From positions 4,240 through 68,239 of the IMG/VR virus record IMGVR_UViG_3300030116_003627: a stretch of 64,000 nucleotides of DNA; one strand, given 5' to 3'. Of this stretch, positions 58,514 to 64,000 are shown piece after piece. The first letter of the stretch is position 1. Each line of letters opens with the position of its first letter. This DNA comes from a virus. The position numbers and the translations under genes are program-made. A model generated the notes under the pieces. That model was given only the letters and a program-made list of their open reading frames with translations, was not told where the DNA came from and did no database searches.

Positions 58514-59104
58514 TTAAGCTCCTACAATGGAATAGTAAATATCTTCCCAACCGTTAACACGATTAGCAAAGTCAAACTGCTGATTGTGAGGCAAGTCAAT
58601 TAGATAAGATTCAAGTCCAAGTTCTTCACCTAGCACAGCATTCTTGTACTTATCTTCTACCCAAACACAACCCGTGCCACGATACTGTTCAAGTGCATCA
58701 TCTTTATCAGCACCAGTATCTAGACATACCAGTTCATCAATAACAGTTTCACCAAACAGGGCGTGCAGGTTTTGTAGACGTGCCTTGTACGCATACTTGT
58801 TCAGAGACATGGAAGTAATTACACGCAGGACATAACCACATTCCTCATGCAACTTCTTAACATATTTGACTGCATCCAAGTGCGGGGTCAGGTATGCCAT
58901 AGCAGCGGAGTTGTTAAACTCACGAACAAGAGGTTCACCAGCATTTTTGTTGATAAAACCATACCGTTTCCAAATAGCATATCCGGTAGGGTCTTGTTCA
59001 GTATACCCACGGTCTGCCATAAACTCTTTGAAACCAAAGAGCCAATCTACTAGAACTCCATCACAGTCAGTGAGGATTACCTTATCTGCAAGGTCGCTTT
59101 TCAT
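58514..59104 (-). CDS. HAD-superfamily hydrolase (5'-nucleotidase-like)
   Basis: ILTDCDGVL, ITS, K, WVEDK..N. Confidence 0.85.
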   Translation of the reverse strand: MKSDLADKVILTDCDGVLVDWLFGFKEFMADRGYTEQDPTGYAIWKRYGFINKNAGEPLVREFNNSAAMAYLTPHLDAVKYVKKLHEECGYVLRVITSMSLNKYAYKARLQNLHALFGETVIDELVCLDTGADKDDALEQYRGTGCVWVEDKYKNAVLGEELGLESYLIDLPHNQQFDFANRVNGWEDIYYSIVGA

Positions 59105-59679
59105 TACTTTTCCTTATCTTTCAAAAATTCTATGTTTAAGGTTTTGCGTAAACCTTCACCTTGTTCAAGTGCACAATGTGGTATCTGATGTGAAAAGATA
59201 AACACAGTGTCTAACTCAGGTTTAAGATAGCACCATTCTCCATCTTTGTCAATATAAGAAAACCATCCCTTCATATCTGACATGTCTTCTGGCAAATTAA
59301 GATAGAGTAAAACACTCATACCTTCTCTCACTAATCCAGCTGGATTGCTATGCTGATGAATACCATGCCTAGAACCCTTATATCCATCTATGGTCCATGA
59401 ATTTACATATTCCATATTTTCAAAATGTGGTATATTATTTCTTTCACAGATACCTTTGACCATATCATAGAAAAAATCTTTGACGTAAGAATCTTTTACT
59501 GGTAAACTCTCGCCTTTAGAACCATCATCAAAGAAATGTTGAGTGCTATCCCCTCGGCCGCTATACGCACCATATCCATCAGTTGTAATGATCTGTTTGC
59601 TAAGAACCCATTTTTTTAGTTCTTCAACATCAAGTCCATGTTTAACTACATGAAAAAACCAAGGCATTTCTTCTGTCAA
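59104..59679 (-). CDS. 2OG-Fe(II) oxygenase-like protein
   Basis: SW......H..H.H, S..LYL, P.....IF...I.H, R.TLN. Confidence 0.75.
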   Translation of the reverse strand: MTEEMPWFFHVVKHGLDVEELKKWVLSKQIITTDGYGAYSGRGDSTQHFFDDGSKGESLPVKDSYVKDFFYDMVKGICERNNIPHFENMEYVNSWTIDGYKGSRHGIHQHSNPAGLVREGMSVLLYLNLPEDMSDMKGWFSYIDKDGEWCYLKPELDTVFIFSHQIPHCALEQGEGLRKTLNIEFLKDKEK

Positions 59680-59894
59680 TCTGTTGCTCCATCTATGTCT
59701 ACAACATGTTCATTTTCATTCATAACTTCAAAGTCTGTTGTCAACCAACGAATATTGCCAGTTTTAGGAGAACCTAACAGCAGACCCTCAAAAGTTCCGG
59801 GACGCTTTTCAAGAACTTCCCATAAGGCACCATGCTCTTGAATACGTTGCTTACCTTTTTTGGTAATGCCTTTTAGGTGAACTGTTTCACGCAT
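59676..59894 (-). CDS. Hypothetical protein
   Basis: L.G.T..GK.RI.EHG..W pattern. Confidence 0.6.
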   Translation of the reverse strand: MRETVHLKGITKKGKQRIQEHGALWEVLEKRPGTFEGLLLGSPKTGNIRWLTTDFEVMNENEHVVDIDGATD

Positions 59895-60063
59895 CTTTAA
59901 CCTCTTGAATCACACATTGTACTTCAATGCCACATGCCTTCATACGTTTTTCAAAGTCACGCATAAACTTCTTGGCTTGACGTTCAGAAGTGATTGGTTC
60001 AAGCAGACCAAAACGAATACCGTTACTGACTGCATCACGAATTACAAAAGACTTCTTTTTCAT
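59887..60063 (-). CDS. Small early hypothetical protein (58 aa)
   Basis: MKKKSFVIRD...; coupled to neighbours. Confidence 0.5.
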   Translation of the reverse strand: MKKKSFVIRDAVSNGIRFGLLEPITSERQAKKFMRDFEKRMKACGIEVQCVIQEVKDA

Positions 60064-60221
60064 TACTCAACCTCTGTAAAAAGCTCAACCTCTTTAATAC
60101 TGAACTTAATGTCAGGATTCATTTCTTCAAGAATCATCATCAGTTCAGCAGCGTTACCGGGGCAGGCTTCTTTATTGACAACTTTCATGTCAGTCATGTT
60201 CATTACCCAAAACTCAGTCAT
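60063..60221 (-). CDS. Small early hypothetical protein (52 aa)
   Basis: MTEFWVMNM...; TAATG coupling to the next gene. Confidence 0.5.
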   Translation of the reverse strand: MTEFWVMNMTDMKVVNKEACPGNAAELMMILEEMNPDIKFSIKEVELFTEVE

Positions 60222-60226
60222 CTGTC

Positions 60227-60373
60227 TTATTCCTCAATAAGTGCTTTAAAGTCTGCAATCATACCTTCACAGGCAGCAACAGCACGTTCACGTTCAACAG
60301 GGTCTTCAATCTGCTGATACTTAGCAAGGTTTGCTTCACAAGCAGCAATGTAACTTTTAATCTGTTCAATCAT
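60227..60373 (-). CDS. Small early hypothetical protein (48 aa)
   Basis: MIEQIKSYIAACE...; first gene after an early promoter with an AAGG RBS. Confidence 0.5.
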   Translation of the reverse strand: MIEQIKSYIAACEANLAKYQQIEDPVERERAVAACEGMIADFKALIEE

Positions 60374-60391
60374 CAAACTTACCTTTTTCTC

Positions 60392-60970
60392 TTACATACT
60401 TAATATAGTATCTTGAGTAGGGTTTGTCAAGTACCAATTTGGACTTTTTCGTGTTTTTTTCCACCGTGCAAACTTAGATTTTTCGTGGATATAAAAGTCC
60501 CGATATGCCTGTACTGTGTTAGAACGTTTGAGGTAATCGTCCATACACTGAGGGGGTGGAGTCCAACCACCATTCATTTTCATAGACTTAGGTGGAAGTT
60601 GAAGATACGGTAGGACAGTAAGAGCAGTGCCGTGTTGCTTGCCAAAACGATACTCATACTCATCAGCAAGTGCATTCATCAAATCTTTTGCCCAGCCATA
60701 CTGTTCCATAGTTTGACGAATCCATATATTAGATGGATGCTTGAAGTGCACTGCTTTGTAGAGTGTATGTTCTAGTACAGGATCAGGGTGTACATAGTAG
60801 TCTACCATGCGTTTACCTGATACTGATGAACGTTTAGTCTTGGTCCCGTCCAGCATTCTGTGTGCAGTAGACAGCATTTGAGCAGTCTCTAACAGCATCT
60901 TATGTACATGCTGGTCACAATGCATCTGTGCTGCTTTGACTGGATTGGGATCAAGATAGAAAATATTCAT
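60392..60970 (-). CDS. Pyrimidine-dimer DNA glycosylase-like (DenV superfamily) protein
   Basis: MNIFYLD..P..AA..HCD.HV.KM.LE.AQMLSTAH, H..HP...W, EY..R.GK.H, AYR.FY...K. Confidence 0.8.
   Translation of the reverse strand: MNIFYLDPNPVKAAQMHCDQHVHKMLLETAQMLSTAHRMLDGTKTKRSSVSGKRMVDYYVHPDPVLEHTLYKAVHFKHPSNIWIRQTMEQYGWAKDLMNALADEYEYRFGKQHGTALTVLPYLQLPPKSMKMNGGWTPPPQCMDDYLKRSNTVQAYRDFYIHEKSKFARWKKTRKSPNWYLTNPTQDTILSM
60402..60430 (-). promoter_or_regulatory. Early sigma70-type promoter embedded in the 3' end of the upstream gene
   Basis: TTGACA-17 nt-TATATT. Confidence 0.8.
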
Positions 60971-61143
60971 GGTTTATTCCTGCGTTGGGTACGTTTATTA
61001 CCATACCCTAATTTACGCATTATGTCAAGTCTTTCTTCATCAGTGTATCTAGTCCACCTTGCAATCTGTTCTCTAGTGCGGCCGCAACCAATACACTCAC
61101 CACCCTCTATCTTGCAAAGAGACACACAAGGTGTTACATACAT
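60967..61143 (-). CDS. DUF1289-like small Cys protein
   Basis: TPC...C.....C.GCGRT..QI..W; start set after the tRNA-Leu. Confidence 0.8.
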   Translation of the reverse strand: MYVTPCVSLCKIEGGECIGCGRTREQIARWTRYTDEERLDIMRKLGYGNKRTQRRNKP

Positions 61144-61146
61144 AAT

Positions 61147-61232
61147 TGGTACTCCCTGCCGGAGTCGAACCGGCACTTCCAAAGGAAAACGGATTTTAAG
61201 TCCGCAGCGTCTACCATTTCCGCCAAGGGAGC
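61147..61232 (-). tRNA. tRNA-Leu(UAA)
   Basis: 86 nt with long variable arm, anticodon loop CTTAAAA, GTTCGA, CCA. Confidence 0.95.
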
Positions 61233-61270
61233 ATACTCGTTATTCACATACACAAATCATCATAAAGAAG

Positions 61271-61299
61271 AGTATACTGCCTATGCTTGCTTGTGTCAA
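61271..61299 (-). promoter_or_regulatory. Sigma70-type promoter upstream of tRNA-Leu
   Basis: TTGACA-17 nt-TATACT. Confidence 0.8.
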
Positions 61300-61356
61300 G
61301 AGAAAAAATCTTCCAGAATATCTTTTTTAACACTTTTTTACTCCTAAGATAAGAAA

Positions 61357-61385
61357 GGGGCGAGAAGTATATATTCCCTCGCCCC
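61357..61385 (-). terminator. Intrinsic terminator-like hairpin
   Basis: GGGGCGAG...CTCGCCCC followed by TTTCTT on the minus strand. Confidence 0.65.
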
Positions 61386-61398
61386 AAAAGACATATAG

Positions 61399-61427
61399 AT
61401 TATATATCAGTTTTTATGTCTTGTCAA
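61399..61427 (-). promoter_or_regulatory. Consensus sigma70 promoter
   Basis: TTGACA-17 nt-TATAAT. Confidence 0.8.
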
Positions 61428-61629
61428 CGAAAAAGTTGTTCCTCCAAATCTTTTATTGATCTACCCAGATAGTCCCGTTTCAATTTCATTTGCCTTACTA
61501 AAGTATCTCTCCCTTGTTTTACGAGTTTTCTTTCATAATGTTCAAGTTCACGATAATCTTTTTTGAGACGGTCAATTTGAGAAACGAGCATATAATGCAT
61601 TCCTTAAAAAGTTAATAGGACATAACAAA

Positions 61630-62061
61630 TTAGTCAGGGGGCATCAAATTTGGATAGACCTCCTTGACTAGAGCAGATGAAATACCTTTGAATGGTTTTT
61701 TATCTTTCATCTGCAATACAATCTTTGCATCTTCTGGATGGATAGATTCTAAGAGTTGGATGAAAAATCTTTCTCTTTTAATTGTGCCTAATTCTTTAGC
61801 TCTCTTGCCAACAAAGTTAGCAAACTGATTAGACCTTTTGAAAAGATTTGAAGGTGCGTTATGAGCTTCGCAAGGCTCATAAGGTGGTTCACCTTCTGGC
61901 AACTGAAGTTTTATAGTTGGATTGTAGCAACCTTGAAGAATAGTTCTTAACCCAAAAGAATCATGTTCTTTAAGTAAAGCAATCTTGTCTGCCTTCTTTT
62001 TAGCAGAACCAATTTTCTCTAGGATTTCAAAAATATTAAGTGTAATCTTATTCACCATCAT
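61630..62061 (-). CDS. Conserved T4-like phage hypothetical protein
   Basis: EIL.......K..K...L, LPEG.PPY, KRE..FIQLLE.IHP.DA......KDK. Confidence 0.75.
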   Translation of the reverse strand: MMVNKITLNIFEILEKIGSAKKKADKIALLKEHDSFGLRTILQGCYNPTIKLQLPEGEPPYEPCEAHNAPSNLFKRSNQFANFVGKRAKELGTIKRERFFIQLLESIHPEDAKIVLQMKDKKPFKGISSALVKEVYPNLMPPD

Positions 62062-62494
62062 CTTCTCTTTTCAAATGTTTCGCATTAATCCGACACTGGA
62101 TGTATTCATTAAAGTAGTCATCTCGTAATAGCACGTCATATTCAAATTGATATTTTGCTTCATAGTAAGAACAATCGCCCTTTGTTTTACAAAACTTCAA
62201 AATTTCTCTGTAGTATTTATCACCGCCGACTTCTTGGACTTGTTCTTGGAGAGCCTTGTTTGAACCATAATATGTACGCCAGTCAGATTCTTTTGTCACA
62301 TACTTTGTTTTGGTTCCACCTGTCTTGGTCTTTACCTTGGTTTTCCTGCGGTTCCAGAAGAGTTTCTTGCCGATGTACTTCTGTAGTGTGTCTAGGTTTT
62401 GAATGCGGTAGACGAACCCTACAAACTCTTCTGGCGCTGTTTCAGGATCATATTCGCCAAACTCATAGTACCATCCTGTATAATGATCAGACAT
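62048..62494 (-). CDS. GIY-YIG-like protein conserved in T4-like phages
   Basis: GFVYRI.N.....KYIGKK, ESDW..YYGS, REIL, Y.E...Q. Confidence 0.7.
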   Translation of the reverse strand: MSDHYTGWYYEFGEYDPETAPEEFVGFVYRIQNLDTLQKYIGKKLFWNRRKTKVKTKTGGTKTKYVTKESDWRTYYGSNKALQEQVQEVGGDKYYREILKFCKTKGDCSYYEAKYQFEYDVLLRDDYFNEYIQCRINAKHLKREDDGE

Positions 62495-62530
62495 AAAAAA
62501 ATAACCTCAGTGTGTTTCAACTGAGGTTAC
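62495..62530 (-). terminator. Intrinsic terminator
   Basis: TAACCTCAG...CTGAGGTTA stem followed by a T-run on the minus strand; a late-promoter variant TATAAGTA lies at 62528-62535. Confidence 0.65.
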
Positions 62531-62535
62531 TTATA

Positions 62536-62685
62536 TTAGTCACAAAGGCATCCTGCGTCATATTCTGATACTTCATCATCTGTTAGTTCAGAACCACAAT
62601 ATGGACAGTGATTTGGTTTTTCATCATAAATTAGATGAACTACACTTTCTACTTCACAATCGTCACAGATAATTCGGTATTTCAT
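62536..62685 (-). CDS. Small zinc-ribbon/rubredoxin-like protein (49 aa)
   Basis: MKYRIICDDC...HCPYCG...; GGAGG RBS; directly after nrdJ. Confidence 0.7.
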   Translation of the reverse strand: MKYRIICDDCEVESVVHLIYDEKPNHCPYCGSELTDDEVSEYDAGCLCD

Positions 62686-62693
62686 AGACCCTC

Positions 62694-64000
62694 CTAAAAG
62701 TCAATCTCGCAAGCACCACCTGCACAGGCTGCTGCACCAAGAGTGTCAACATCAGTGTATTTCTTTTCAGACAGTTCACTGATCCATTCTACTTGCATGT
62801 AAGACCTTTTGATTTTTTCCCACTTGTGAATAAGGAATGCATCCTTCAGGCAGTACTCAGTTCTCTTAAGGTCACCTTCAAGGTATTTATCAGCAAATGC
62901 TTGGAAGCGTCGCACCCAATCTTTCTTCAGAGTGTTCTTAGAGTTTTCAGCTGAGATATCTTCACCGAAACCTTGTGCGGTCTGGCAGCCCATCCAAAGG
63001 TCACCAAAAGCAGCAAGTCCATCTACTACCAGACCAGATGCTAGAACAGCCGCCACGCCATATTTTTCCACCATCTTTTCAGCGTCGATGACTTCAGTGT
63101 TCGGCGCTTGATTAAAATCCTTATCGCCAGAAGTAGACAAGAAAGAAATACCAGCGAAGTTATTCCTATTGCTATAAACATATTCAGCAACATCATCCCA
63201 ATCCTCTACTAGAATAGTATTTGATACGTTATGTGATACTGTAGGGTCTGCACAAAGTTCTTTGTTCTTGCCAGTATTTACCCAATGCTTTTGTGCCTTT
63301 GCAACCAATTCAAGGTGGTCAGTTCCAATAAGTTTATCTTTCAGAATAGAACCTTGCTTTGGTGTAATTGGGAAAGATACAACCCAATCAGTTCCAGAAG
63401 CAGACCATACAGAGTCTTCTACCATCTCTGGATTTGTTTTAGCAATGAGTTGTGCAACTTCAGAATCTTTGTTTAGTTGGATATTTCTGATATACCTCTC
63501 AGAGTGTTCAGCGTGGATTCCACTTGCTGTTCCCAAGAGTACAGAAGCATTGCCACTAGGCTTAACGCAAGTAGTCCTAGCAGCAGGATTAATCCCGAGA
63601 AGATCAGCAACTCTCTTATTAGTATCCTTAACAATCTTGGCACCTTTTTCCAAAATCTTTTCATCAAACAAAATCTCCGGGTTGTTCATCCATCCAGTGA
63701 TAGATACACCAAGCAATGCTTCACGGTCAAAGATTTGCTTTGTAGTATCTGGAAGGAATTTAAAGTCAGTATAACCAGCCTGTAGTGTACCAAGGATAGA
63801 TGCTGCTTCACATGCCTTGTAGAATGATTCTTCATCTACACAAAGACCACCATTAATCTCTGTCAGGTTACACCCCTGCCAGCCAGACTGTCCATCAATC
63901 TGTGGGAACATGCCAATCTCTACACATGGATTAGTGGTGTGTTCAGTAGACTCAACAAATACAAATCCCGGTTCACCAAACTGTTTAATGCTATCCATGA
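62694..64000 (-). CDS. nrdJ: Class II (adenosylcobalamin-dependent) ribonucleotide reductase, 3' part
   Basis: GEPG, TNPCVEI, CNLTEI, TCVKPSG, HNVS.T, C-terminal ACAGGACE; no class I YY pair seen. Confidence 0.88.
   Translation of the reverse strand, partial: MDSIKQFGEPGFVFVESTEHTTNPCVEIGMFPQIDGQSGWQGCNLTEINGGLCVDEESFYKACEAASILGTLQAGYTDFKFLPDTTKQIFDREALLGVSITGWMNNPEILFDEKILEKGAKIVKDTNKRVADLLGINPAARTTCVKPSGNASVLLGTASGIHAEHSERYIRNIQLNKDSEVAQLIAKTNPEMVEDSVWSASGTDWVVSFPITPKQGSILKDKLIGTDHLELVAKAQKHWVNTGKNKELCADPTVSHNVSNTILVEDWDDVAEYVYSNRNNFAGISFLSTSGDKDFNQAPNTEVIDAEKMVEKYGVAAVLASGLVVDGLAAFGDLWMGCQTAQGFGEDISAENSKNTLKKDWVRRFQAFADKYLEGDLKRTEYCLKDAFLIHKWEKIKRSYMQVEWISELSEKKYTDVDTLGAAACAGGACEIDF

Noticed and set aside
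61144-61182. N-terminal extension of the DUF1289-like ORF
   Set aside because: It overlaps tRNA-Leu; the ATG at 61143 gives the normal domain start.
62048-62494. Mobile homing endonuclease or intron
   Set aside because: Short free-standing GIY-YIG-like domain with no DNA-binding tail; no interrupted gene or intron core seen.

Overview
This window is a 64 kb segment of a large, low-GC T4-like myophage, most likely aquatic. The host is probably non-cyanobacterial (possibly alphaproteobacterial), inferred from the hemO-pcyX pair and the class II ribonucleotide reductase. Positions 1-28.2 kb are a late tail/baseplate module: fibre-like proteins, a VrlC/DUF4815-like protein, gp8, gp9-like, gp7-like, gp6, gp25, a gp5 locus split over several ORFs, gp27-like, gp53, gp48, then divergently gp4, gp2, gp54-like, gp26, gp51 and gp29-like, with TATAAATA late promoters. 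Positions 28.2-64 kb lie on the minus strand and carry gp32, gp33 and an accessory region: class I aldolase, a glycan-biosynthesis island, three cobalamin-type radical SAM enzymes, two radical SAM/SPASM enzymes, three 2OG-Fe(II) oxygenases, ClpP-like protease, exonuclease, PhoH, hemO-pcyX, GuaC, four tRNAs, a manA-like structured RNA and a partial NrdJ. The most notable signal is a strong excess of Asp-Ser dipeptides in peripheral virion proteins but not in core wedge proteins gp6/gp25. Together with about seven glycosyltransferase-like genes, this suggests a sequon-directed virion O-glycosylation/modification system. All calls come from motif recognition by eye; no database searches were run.
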